Positions 39,353-48,330 of a stretch of DNA of 64,000 nt are shown here, piece after piece. Source of the stretch: Dehalococcoidia bacterium (GTDB taxonomy: Bacteria; Chloroflexota; Dehalococcoidia; Plut-88900); the NCBI GenBank assembly GCA_965197585.1, contig OZ240215.1, forward strand, positions 2,848,001 through 2,912,000, in the 5' to 3' direction. Positions within the stretch are counted from its first letter, which is position 1; every line of letters starts with the position of its first letter. Position numbers and translations under genes: made by a program. The notes beneath the pieces are model-generated. The model searched no databases. It saw nothing but the letters and a program-made list of their open reading frames with translations, and was not told the DNA's origin.

Positions 39353-39513
39353 TGCGTCGACACCCATTCCACTCTTGAGACCCCCTTCGACGGGTTCGGC
39401 GCTGACCTATCTGGGGAATGCGGGAGAAAGCCTTGGGTTCAGGTTGGTGGTGAAGTACGGGTCGGGTGCCGGGGTTACCTCGGAGGCGGTGTCGGTCACC
39501 TGGCCGTAGGGGG

Positions 39514-40692
39514 CTAAGCGCCCCTGGGGAGGCCGAGGCCCCGGGTGGCGATTATGTTCTTCTGTATCTCGCTGGTTCCGCCGGCTATATTAACGCCAAT
39601 GGTTTCAAGGTACATATGCCTCATGCCGCCTTCAAGCGCTGCGTACTTGGAATCGGCTCTCAGCTGGCCGGTCAGGCCCATTACCTGCATGCCGGTTTCG
39701 CTGAATCTCCTGAGCATGGCCGTGCTGTAGACCTTGGCGATGGAGCCTGCGTCGTCGGGGGAGTGGCCCTGGGTGGCAAGCCAGGCGACCCGGTAACAGA
39801 GCATACGCGAGACCTCGATGTCGATGGCGGCGTCGGCGAGCTTGTTCCTGACGCGGAGGTCGTCTATCAGCCGTGAGCCGTTGGACCGGGTCTCCTTGGC
39901 GTAGTCGATAAGCTCTTCCAAAGCGCGTCGGGCGGCGGCCGGCCACTCGACGGTGGAGCGTTCGAAGCCGAGAAGGGTCATGGCCACATACCAGCCTCGG
40001 TTCACCTCGCCAACGATTTCCGCCTTGTTGACGCGGACGTTGTCGAAGAAGACCTCGTTGAAGGAGTGTCGGCCCGTGGCGCTGACGATGGGCCTGACCT
40101 CGACGCCCGGGTCGGACATGTCACCGAGAAAGAAGGTGATGCCGCGGTGCTTGGGGGCCTCGGGATTGGTGCGGGCGAGCATGAAGAATCGGTCGGCATG
40201 GTGGGCACCGCTGGTCCATATCTTCTGGCCGGAGATCACGAAGTCGTCACCATCCTCGACGGCGCGGGTCTGGAGGGAGGCGAGGTCGGAGCCTGAGCCC
40301 GGCTCGCTGAAGCCCTGGCACCAGTTGATCCGGCCCTCGGCGATGGCGGGGAGGTACTTGCGCTTCTGCTCCTCGGTGCCGTGCATCATCAGCGCGGGCC
40401 CGAGCATGCCGATGCCGAAGGCGTCTTTGCCCGGGGCTCGGTAGTAGGCCATCTCCTCGTTGAAGACGAGTTGGGTAATGGGCGAGGCGTCCTGACCGCC
40501 ATATTCCTTGGGCCAGCCCATAGTGAGCCAGCCGCGGTCGGCGAGCTTGCGGCGCATGGCCCTAGCCACATCCGAGTCTTCGTCCGCCGTCTCGATGAGC
40601 CCGTAACGCCACTTGCGCGGCAGTTCGGCCTTGAGGAAGTCTCGGAGTTCTTGTCGGAAGGCCTCTTCTTCTTTTCCGAATTTGTATTGCAT
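39514..40692 (-). CDS. Acyl-CoA dehydrogenase, FadE26/FadE29-like
   Basis: WCQGFSEPGSGSDLA, GQKIWTS, IAGGTSEIQKNIIATRGLGLPR. Confidence 0.95.
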   Translation of the reverse strand: MQYKFGKEEEAFRQELRDFLKAELPRKWRYGLIETADEDSDVARAMRRKLADRGWLTMGWPKEYGGQDASPITQLVFNEEMAYYRAPGKDAFGIGMLGPALMMHGTEEQKRKYLPAIAEGRINWCQGFSEPGSGSDLASLQTRAVEDGDDFVISGQKIWTSGAHHADRFFMLARTNPEAPKHRGITFFLGDMSDPGVEVRPIVSATGRHSFNEVFFDNVRVNKAEIVGEVNRGWYVAMTLLGFERSTVEWPAAARRALEELIDYAKETRSNGSRLIDDLRVRNKLADAAIDIEVSRMLCYRVAWLATQGHSPDDAGSIAKVYSTAMLRRFSETGMQVMGLTGQLRADSKYAALEGGMRHMYLETIGVNIAGGTSEIQKNIIATRGLGLPRGA

Positions 40693-40975
40693 GGGTTGTT
40701 CCTATTCTTTCACATTGGGCACGTTGTGGCGGAATCCACGAGGAAGGGGGTCCAACTGCAAATTCGACACCCTAGGCTCTCGATATTAGCTGACATTAAA
40801 AGTTATGCAAAGGTCTCTTGACATGAGAGGGTCAGGGTTGAAAATGTGCCTTTGGAAGACTTACCTCCGGCGAACCACTGTGATCCCCGTCTTTTGTCAC
40901 TTCTCTTGCCTCAAAGTTCAACGAGATTCCAAACAGAGTTTTCATGTTCGACCAGCTATGTCAGAATAATGGTCT

Positions 40976-41677
40976 ATGAGAATCTTGGTCGCGCTTGCCG
41001 TGTCTCTATTGCTTGCGGTCGGTTGTGAACAAGGAATACTAGCCCCATCGCCAACTCCCACGACGGACATAGAGGCAACAATCGAAGTACGGGTAGCCGC
41101 GACTATAATAGCAGTCCCTACGCATACTCCCGCACCGATGCCTGTTGCCACTGCAACACCGACGCTAACTTTCACTGCGACACCGACCTATACGCCCACG
41201 CTGACGTCGATGGTAAGCGACCGCGAGATCCTAGTAGCCCTTTACATTGCCACGAATGGCCTGAACTGGACTGACAATACCAACTGGCTTAGTGACGCGC
41301 CCTTGGACGAGTGGTATGGCGTGACCACGGATTCTGGCGGACGAGTCACTGAGCTGGAACTCAGCAGCAACTTGTTGAACGGGGAGATACCGGCTGAACT
41401 AGGCAGCCTCTCCAACCTGCAATTGCTGTCGCTCTGGGGTAACCAGTTGAGCGGGGAAATACCGGCTGAACTAGGCAACCTGTCCAACCTGCAATTGCTA
41501 ACGCTCATCGATAACCCTGGACTTTCCGGTTCCTTGCCCGGCTCGTTCACCGGTCTGAGTGCGCTCATATGGTTGTATCTGTGGGATACAGAATTGTGCG
41601 CGCCCCGGGACTATGAATTTCAGGTATGGCTGCTTGGAGTCCCATCCACGGGTGGCGTCATAAACTGCGATTCTTAG
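40976..41677 (+). CDS. Leucine-rich-repeat lipoprotein (plant-type LRRs)
   Basis: Lipobox AVGC; ALYIATNGLNW..NW; NxLxGEIPAELGxLSNL repeats. Confidence 0.9.
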   Translation: MRILVALAVSLLLAVGCEQGILAPSPTPTTDIEATIEVRVAATIIAVPTHTPAPMPVATATPTLTFTATPTYTPTLTSMVSDREILVALYIATNGLNWTDNTNWLSDAPLDEWYGVTTDSGGRVTELELSSNLLNGEIPAELGSLSNLQLLSLWGNQLSGEIPAELGNLSNLQLLTLIDNPGLSGSLPGSFTGLSALIWLYLWDTELCAPRDYEFQVWLLGVPSTGGVINCDS

Positions 41678-41753
41678 AGGCGGCTATCCCCCCGCTCATA
41701 CTTCGACGGGGCTCAGCACGAGCGGCCCCACATCTGCTCAATTGACCGTGAGT

Positions 41754-42245
41754 TTACACCTTCGAAGACACGCATATGGCGATGCCTTCAGATTTCTCAA
41801 AATCTGCATCTGGGAGCCTGTGTATTAGTAAGGTCTTAAAGTTTGAGTCATCGTAGTTCCAGAGTTCAATTTCTTCGAATTCCGTCTGAGGGGTGGAAAA
41901 GAGGCCAGCGGCAATAGCATCGAGGATCGGTTTAATGTAGTTCTCGACATCAAAATAGTAGCTGTGGATGGCAGGGAAGAAGCTCAGTCCAATCGATATG
42001 GAATACTCGCAATGCGGGTTCCACGGCTCTTCCCCGCGCAATTTCATAACTGCTAACGCTATTTTGGCTTTCCATAATTGTTGTTTTTTCCTTCCAGTTA
42101 CACCCTCAACTATGGCGTTTACTATTGTTCCAAAAACATCCACGCATAAAGAGGATTGTAACGGATCAGTGAACTCGAGAGTGTGGATGTCCCAGACTCC
42201 GATTCGCCTTCGATTATGTGTTAAGCCACTTTGATTCTCGTTCAT
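41754..42245 (-). CDS. RusA-like resolvase/nuclease
   Basis: FDVENYIKPILDAI...DDS resembles the RusA D-x-D-N..K..D motif. Confidence 0.55.
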   Translation of the reverse strand: MNENQSGLTHNRRRIGVWDIHTLEFTDPLQSSLCVDVFGTIVNAIVEGVTGRKKQQLWKAKIALAVMKLRGEEPWNPHCEYSISIGLSFFPAIHSYYFDVENYIKPILDAIAAGLFSTPQTEFEEIELWNYDDSNFKTLLIHRLPDADFEKSEGIAICVSSKV

Positions 42246-42249
42246 TCGA

Positions 42250-42333
42250 TTAACTCCCTTTCGGGAGGCCGAGGCCCCTGGTGGCGATTATATTACGTTG
42301 TATCTCCAACGTGCCTCCTCTGACGGGCTCGCT
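42250..42333 (-). pseudogene. Orphan acyl-CoA dehydrogenase 3' end 1
   Basis: SEPVRGGTLEIQRNIIATRGLGLPKGS*. Confidence 0.9.
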
Positions 42334-42425
42334 CTCAATTCGTCCCGTCACCACTTGCTTGACGTGACTACTTCCAGGTCAGTAGGGTAGCTCTATCCGA
42401 CCGGGGAAAGACTTGTGGCATCACA

Positions 42426-42833
42426 ATGAACTACGAGAGTTTGAATGTGCTGAGAAGACCACTCGCCGTGCTTCTGGGGCTGACGGCCACCTATGCGTTG
42501 GTTCACTTCGCATTCGACTCCCTCTACGACGAAACCCCCCTGATGCTGGACATCCTCGGATACATAATGGCTGTTGGGGCCACCTTCTTCGTTGTGCTCA
42601 CCTACATCCACCGGCGTCGTTCGGAAGAGCCGAATCTCGGCGCGGCCTGCGCTTTCTACGCGGCGGTAGTTCTCGCAATCCTTTTCTTCGGTAACTGGAT
42701 CGACTCCCTAAACGACTATGTGCACCTGTCTGAGCAGACGACCAACAACGTATGGACTGTGGTAGACGTCATGTTCGTCGTGGTGGGATACACGGTGAGT
42801 GCCCGACTCTGGCAACAGGATCCTGCCAAGTAA
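42426..42833 (+). CDS. Hypothetical 4-TM protein
   Basis: 135 aa with four hydrophobic segments. Confidence 0.65.
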   Translation: MNYESLNVLRRPLAVLLGLTATYALVHFAFDSLYDETPLMLDILGYIMAVGATFFVVLTYIHRRRSEEPNLGAACAFYAAVVLAILFFGNWIDSLNDYVHLSEQTTNNVWTVVDVMFVVVGYTVSARLWQQDPAK

Positions 42834-42867
42834 GCGAACTGTTACTGGAGAGGATACGGTTCAGAGC

Positions 42868-42978
42868 CTAAGTCCCCCTCGGCAAACCCAACCCCCGCGT
42901 GGCGATTATATTACGTTGTATCTCGGACGTGCCTCCGCCTATCATGTCGCTCGCGGCAAACAGATACAGTTTGCGAAG
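42868..42978 (-). pseudogene. Orphan acyl-CoA dehydrogenase 3' end 2
   Basis: LRKLYLFAASDMIGGGTSEIQRNIIATRGLGLPRGT*. Confidence 0.9.
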
Positions 42979-43059
42979 CCAGCGTATGAAGATGCCAACG
43001 GGGGAGAAGAGACGGGAAAGCATCCCCGTCGTCTGAAGCAGAAATCGAGCAGTGGGGTC

Positions 43060-43425
43060 TTAGCTATCGAGGAGGGTGTCGAGCTTGGCGATGAATCTTT
43101 GCACTTCAGAGAGGTATTCCCTGACCATACCTGCCTCGAAAGCGTCCTCGTAGAAATTGGTGTGGAGATAATTGCAGATGGAGAAGAGACGGTGGATTTC
43201 CGGGTCGCCGGATTCGCTGGTGAGGTCTCTGACGGCGAAGAAGAGGCCGCGGTGGGAATCGTGCTCCCAGCCTCGGCGCTGGGCAGCGGCCTTGACCATT
43301 TGGGCTGCGGCGCCCCAGCCCTTCTCCGAGGCCTGTCGGAGATCTCCGGCCTCGAGTTCAGTGCGTGCCTGGGTGAGCAGATGGAGGCTTGCTTCGCGAT
43401 AAGTGACAGTTTTAGATGTGGTCAT
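43060..43425 (-). CDS. PaREP1-like (HEPN-fold) protein
   Basis: GDLRQASEKGWGAAA...LHTNFYE. Confidence 0.85.
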   Translation of the reverse strand: MTTSKTVTYREASLHLLTQARTELEAGDLRQASEKGWGAAAQMVKAAAQRRGWEHDSHRGLFFAVRDLTSESGDPEIHRLFSICNYLHTNFYEDAFEAGMVREYLSEVQRFIAKLDTLLDS

Positions 43426-43480
43426 GGGATGATTCTAGCATATAGGTGTTGATTCCGATACGCTATCGACATGCCTTGGT

Positions 43481-44659
43481 CTAACCACCCCTAGGGAGCC
43501 CGAGACCTCTGGTAGCGATTATATTACGTTGTATCTCCGACGTGCCGCCGCCTATGGTCTCGCTGACGCTCCACAAGTATAAACGGCGCAGTTTGCCCCT
43601 GAGGGGAGCCCACTTGGAGCCCTCGACCAGCTGACCCATCAGGCCGAGGACCTGCATCCCCGTGTTGGCGACCCTCAGGAGAAGCTCGGTGCTGAACATC
43701 TTGGAGATGGAAGCCTCCTGCTGAGGCTCGAGACCCTGGTCGACCATCCAGGCTATCCGGTAGGCGAGCAGGCTGCTTACCTCGGTCTCCAAGACCCTCT
43801 CTGCGAGGCGGTGGCGCAGGGCCGGGGAGACCGCTGAGTCGCACCCGTTGGCCCGAGCCTCTTTCAAAAGGTCGATGAGCATGTCGAGGGGCTTTCGGGC
43901 CTTGGCGGTATACATCGTCCCGTCGCGCTCGAAGTTCAGGGTGGTCATGGCTACGTACCAGCCTCGGTTGAGCTCCCCGACAATGTTCTCCGCCGGGACC
44001 CGGACGTTGTCGAAATACTCCTCATTGAAGTGGTGATCGCCGACCATGTTGATGATGGGCCGCATGGTTATGCCGGGCGTCTTCAAGTCGACGACGAAGA
44101 AGGTGATGCCACGGTGCTTTGGGGCCTCGGGGTCCGTGCGGGCGAGTAGGAACATCCAGTCGGACAGATGGGCGCAGCTGGACCAGATCTTCTGGCCGGT
44201 GATCAGGTAGTCGGAGCCGTCCCTAACAGCCTGGGTCTGTAGGGAAGCGAGGTCGGAGCCCGACTCAGGCTCGCTGAACCCCTGGGCCCAGGACACCTCC
44301 CCGTTGGCGATGGGCAGCAGGTACTTGCGCTTCTGCTCCGGCGTGCCGTGGTGCATGATGGCCGGGGCCAGCATCCCCACACCCCAAATATCCTTGCCGG
44401 GGGCCTCGTGGTACATCATCTCCTCGGCGAAAATGGCCGACTTCACGCTGGAGGCGTCCTGGCCCCCGTACTCCCGGGGCCAGGCCATGGTGAGCCATTC
44501 CTTCTCGATGAGGCGTCGGCGCATGTGCCGTTCGAAAGCTACGTCGTCGGTACGGCCGTCCTCGTCGGTGCCCTTCCAGTCGGGGGGGAGCTCGGCCTTC
44601 AGGAACTCGCGGAGGTCTTGTCGGAAGGAGGTTTGCTCGGGTGTGAAGGTGAAGTGCAT
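43481..44659 (-). CDS. Acyl-CoA dehydrogenase, FadE26/FadE29-like
   Basis: WAQGFSEPESGSDLA; GGGTSEIQRNII. Confidence 0.95.
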   Translation of the reverse strand: MHFTFTPEQTSFRQDLREFLKAELPPDWKGTDEDGRTDDVAFERHMRRRLIEKEWLTMAWPREYGGQDASSVKSAIFAEEMMYHEAPGKDIWGVGMLAPAIMHHGTPEQKRKYLLPIANGEVSWAQGFSEPESGSDLASLQTQAVRDGSDYLITGQKIWSSCAHLSDWMFLLARTDPEAPKHRGITFFVVDLKTPGITMRPIINMVGDHHFNEEYFDNVRVPAENIVGELNRGWYVAMTTLNFERDGTMYTAKARKPLDMLIDLLKEARANGCDSAVSPALRHRLAERVLETEVSSLLAYRIAWMVDQGLEPQQEASISKMFSTELLLRVANTGMQVLGLMGQLVEGSKWAPLRGKLRRLYLWSVSETIGGGTSEIQRNIIATRGLGLPRGG

Positions 44660-44684
44660 GGGTTGATCCTATTTCACCCTCACC

Positions 44685-45056
44685 CTAGCCCTCTCCCCTC
44701 AAGGGAGAGGGGACCGGACCTCCCCCGTGCCCCAATTCGGTTAGTATGCTCTCCTGCACGGACTCTATCTCTTTCAAGACCTGATTATTCCAAAACCTCA
44801 GAACTCTATACCCCTCACACCTTAGCCATTTACTACGCTCTTCGTCATAGCCCGCTTGCTCCTGGTGGTGTCCCCCGTCTACCTCAACGACTACCTTCGC
44901 ATCGAGGCAGACGAAATCAACGATGTAATTTCCAATGGGGGCCTGTCTGCGAAACTTCCAGCCGCGAAGCCGGCGATTTCGGAGCGATCCCCACAGCTTG
45001 TTCTCGGCTTCCGTAGAGGTCTTTCTGAGGGTTTGTGCTCTGAGCTTACGGTTCAT
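44685..45056 (-). CDS. DUF559 (Vsr-like) endonuclease flanked by family-A REPs
   Basis: LRKTSTEAENKLW, KFRRQAPIGNYIVDF, EVDGGHH, RVLRFWN; REPs at 44675 and 45097. Confidence 0.92.
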   Translation of the reverse strand: MNRKLRAQTLRKTSTEAENKLWGSLRNRRLRGWKFRRQAPIGNYIVDFVCLDAKVVVEVDGGHHQEQAGYDEERSKWLRCEGYRVLRFWNNQVLKEIESVQESILTELGHGGGPVPSPLRGEG

Positions 45057-45219
45057 GCTGCGTGCTCAGTTTATCGGAGTCTTTTCACTCACGTTTCACC
45101 CTCACCCTAGCCCTCTCCCCTCAAGGGAGAGGGGACAGGACCCCCCGCTCATACTTCGAGGGCCTCAGCACGAGCGGCCCCACGGGGATGGGTTCCGGCT
45201 CGGGGGCCGGAATGACGGC

Positions 45220-46398
45220 CTAAGTCCCCCTCGGGAGGCCGAGGCCCCTCGTGGAGATTATGGTGCGCTGGATTTCGGAGGTGCCGCCGCCTATGGGCTC
45301 GCTGATGCTCCAGAGGTACATGCGGTGCAGTTTGCCCTTCAGCAGGGCCCACTTGTCGCCCTCGGCGAGCTGGCCCATCAGGCCCAGGACCTGCATCCCC
45401 GTGTTGGCGACCCTCATCAATAGCTCGCTGCTGATGAGCTTGGATATCGACGCCTCGTGCTGGGGCTCGAGACCCTGGTCGACCATCCAGGCGATCCGGT
45501 AGGCGAGTAATCTGCTCACCTCGGTCTCCAGGACTCTCTCGGCGAGACGGTTACGCAAGGCCGGGGACATCGCCGCTCCACCGCCATTGCCCCGGGCCTC
45601 TTTCAAAAGCTCGATGAGCATGTCCAAGGGCTTGCGGGCGCGGGCGGTGTACGTCGTGCCTTCACGCTCGAAGTTGAGGGTGGTCATGGCGACGTACCAG
45701 CCCCGGTTAAGCTCACCGATTATGTTCTCCGCAGGGACCCGGACGTTGTCAAAATACTCCTCGTTGAAGTGGTGGTCGCCGACCATGTTGATGATGGGCC
45801 GGACGGTGATGCCGGGCGTCTTCATGTCGACCAGGAAGTAGGTAATGCCCCGGTGCTTGGGGGCGTCGGGGTCGGTGCGGGCCAGGACGAACATCCAGTC
45901 GGCGAGATGAGCGCCGCTGGACCAGATCTTCTGGCCTGTAATCAGGTAGTCGTCGCCGTCCTTGACGGCCCTCGTCTGCAGGGAGGCGAGGTCGGAGCCC
46001 GACTCAGGTTCACTGAAACCCTGGGCCCAGGTCACCTCACCATTGGCGATCGGTGGCAGATACTTAAGTTTCTGCTCCGGGGTACCGTGGCGCATGACGG
46101 CCGGGGCCAGGAGCCCGACACCCGAGCCGTCCTTGCCGGGGGCCTCGTGGTACATCATCTCCTCGGCGAAGATGGCCATCTTCACGTTGGAGGCATCCTG
46201 CCCGCCGTACTCTCGGGGCCAGGCCATGGTCAGCCAATCTCTCTCGATGAGGCGTTGGCGCATATGGCGCTCGAACACTACGTCGTCGGTGCGGCCGTAC
46301 TCGTCGGCGCCCTTCCAGTCGGGGGGGAGTTCGGCTTTCAGGAAGTCGCGAAGGTCTTGTCGGAAGGCGGTCTCGTCAGGTGTGAAGGTGAATTGCAT
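45220..46398 (-). CDS. Acyl-CoA dehydrogenase, close paralogue of 43481-44659
   Basis: Same motifs, high identity by eye. Confidence 0.95.
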   Translation of the reverse strand: MQFTFTPDETAFRQDLRDFLKAELPPDWKGADEYGRTDDVVFERHMRQRLIERDWLTMAWPREYGGQDASNVKMAIFAEEMMYHEAPGKDGSGVGLLAPAVMRHGTPEQKLKYLPPIANGEVTWAQGFSEPESGSDLASLQTRAVKDGDDYLITGQKIWSSGAHLADWMFVLARTDPDAPKHRGITYFLVDMKTPGITVRPIINMVGDHHFNEEYFDNVRVPAENIIGELNRGWYVAMTTLNFEREGTTYTARARKPLDMLIELLKEARGNGGGAAMSPALRNRLAERVLETEVSRLLAYRIAWMVDQGLEPQHEASISKLISSELLMRVANTGMQVLGLMGQLAEGDKWALLKGKLHRMYLWSISEPIGGGTSEIQRTIISTRGLGLPRGT

Positions 46399-46667
46399 GG
46401 GCTATTTCGAGGGAATCGTCATTATATATGATCGCCTCCTGCTGAGCCGTAGAAAATGGTGTTGACAAGGATATACATGATCACTATTGTTATATTAGTA
46501 TCACACTCATGAACTAATTTGCATACATCAAAGGCAGGCATGGGTACTAGCGGGCTGTCCCTAGCCTAGCACTTGGAGGAGTCGTCACGGTGGACAGTAG
46601 GTGTGCCAAGACGATCTCCCAAAGGGATGTTTGACAAAACGACCGTTAGGGCTATATTGAGGGCAAT

Positions 46668-46850
46668 ATGACCACCGCTGAGCATCCCATAACACGCTCA
46701 GAGCTTCGCAAAGAGCTTGAGCACTACGCTACTAAAGAAGACTTGGCCAAGCTTGAGACCCGGCTAATCAAGTGGATGGTGGGGCAGATGATGGCTGCTA
46801 TTGTCGCAGCGTCTTCCGTGGCAGTAGTCATTCAGCAGGTCTTGAACTAA
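46668..46850 (+). CDS. Small coiled-coil/TM protein (DUF1640-like)
   Basis: ATKEDLAKLETRLIKWMVG; TTGACA..TATATT promoter just upstream. Confidence 0.7.
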   Translation: MTTAEHPITRSELRKELEHYATKEDLAKLETRLIKWMVGQMMAAIVAASSVAVVIQQVLN

Positions 46851-47135
46851 GGCGGGTTCCTCCACATGGACCCCGCTCATACTTCGACGGGCTCAGCACG
46901 AGCGGCCACCCCACTCCTGCCCATTCTTACCATTCCCCCTGATCCGTATTCACACCGCTCACCCTGAGCTTAGTCGAAGGGTCGAGCGGGGACTCGCAGA
47001 CCTGGCGGCTTTAACAGACCTTCCTCACACCCCGCTCATACTTCGACGGGCTCCCGCCTCGGCGGGTCTTCGACAGCACGAGCGGCCTCACGGGGATGGA
47101 TTCCTGCTCCGCAGCAATGACGGACAACCCTCCGC

Positions 47136-48311
47136 CTAAGCGCCCCTGGGCAGGCCGAGGCCACGGGTGGCGATGATGTTCCGCTGGACCTCGCTGGTGC
47201 CGCCGGCTATGGTGCGGCTTATGGCGTTCAGGTACGTCCGCTCCACGTATCCCTTGAAGGGGACCCACTTGGACCCCTCCACAAGCTGTCCACGCATTCC
47301 CAGCAGCTCCATTGCCAACTGAACGCACTGCTGGGCCATCTCCGCGCCGAAGGCCTTGGCCACCGACGCCTCGTAGTTGGGCACCTGCCCGATGCTCTGC
47401 AGCCACATAACCCGGTAGGAGAGCATCCGGGAAATCTCGGAGTTGATGCGCATCTCGGCCAGCTTGGTAGTTGCCGACGGGTTCTCTGCGAGGGCGCCGC
47501 CGTTCCAGGGGGTCTCCTTGGCGTAGTCGACCAGGTCGTCAACCATCCTTCGGACATCGGCGGAGTTCTCAATCCCCGTCCGCTCGAAGTCGAGGGTGGA
47601 CATGGCGGCGTACCAGCCCCGGTTCACCTCGCCGATTACGTTCTCCTTGGGCACGCGCACGTTGTCGAGGAATATCTCGTTGAAACGGTGGTGTCCCGTG
47701 AGATCGGTAATCCCGCGCACGTCCACGCCGGGGGTTTTCATGTCGATGAGGAAGTAGGTGATGCCACGGTGCTTGGGGGCGTCGGGGTCAGTGCGGGCGA
47801 GAAGGTGGCACCAGTCCGACTGATGAGCGCCACTGGACCAGATCTTCTGCCCGGAGATCACGAAGTCGTCGCCGTCCTCGACGGCTCGAGTCTGGAGGGA
47901 AGCCAGGTCGGAGCCCGACTCCGGCTCACTGAAGCCCTGGCACCATGTAACTTTGCCCTCGGATATAGGCAACAGGTGCTGTCGCTTCTGCTCCTCCGTG
48001 CCATGGATCATGAGGCACGGCCCAATAAACCCTACGCCCTGTATGTCTTTGCCGGGGGCCCGCTTGTAGGCCATCTCCTCGCTGTAGATCATGGACTGTC
48101 CGGGGGAAGCGTCCTGACCGCCGTACTCCTTGGGCCACGATATAGCCAGCCAACCCTTCTCCCCGAGCTTCTTTCTCATCTCCAGGGTGAAGGGCCACAC
48201 GGTGTCGTCGTAGGCCTCCTCACCCCACCAGCCTTCGGGAAGTTGGTCGTCAAGGAAGGTGGTCAGATCGGATCTAAACTGGCGGTCTTCTTCGCTGAAA
48301 CGGAACTGCAT
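47136..48311 (-). CDS. Acyl-CoA dehydrogenase, FadE26/FadE29-like
   Basis: WCQGFSEPESGSDLA; IAGGTSEVQRNII. Confidence 0.95.
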   Translation of the reverse strand: MQFRFSEEDRQFRSDLTTFLDDQLPEGWWGEEAYDDTVWPFTLEMRKKLGEKGWLAISWPKEYGGQDASPGQSMIYSEEMAYKRAPGKDIQGVGFIGPCLMIHGTEEQKRQHLLPISEGKVTWCQGFSEPESGSDLASLQTRAVEDGDDFVISGQKIWSSGAHQSDWCHLLARTDPDAPKHRGITYFLIDMKTPGVDVRGITDLTGHHRFNEIFLDNVRVPKENVIGEVNRGWYAAMSTLDFERTGIENSADVRRMVDDLVDYAKETPWNGGALAENPSATTKLAEMRINSEISRMLSYRVMWLQSIGQVPNYEASVAKAFGAEMAQQCVQLAMELLGMRGQLVEGSKWVPFKGYVERTYLNAISRTIAGGTSEVQRNIIATRGLGLPRGA

Positions 48312-48330
48312 GAGATGCTCCTGTACTGTA

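Noticed and set aside
41754-43480. Classical integron with attC sites
   Set aside because: No tyrosine integrase and no RYYYAAC..GTTRRRY attC structures recognised; the boundaries are gene tails.
46440-46640. Riboswitch or sRNA in the AT-rich intergenic region
   Set aside because: Only promoter-like hexamers seen; no recognisable aptamer or convincing structure.
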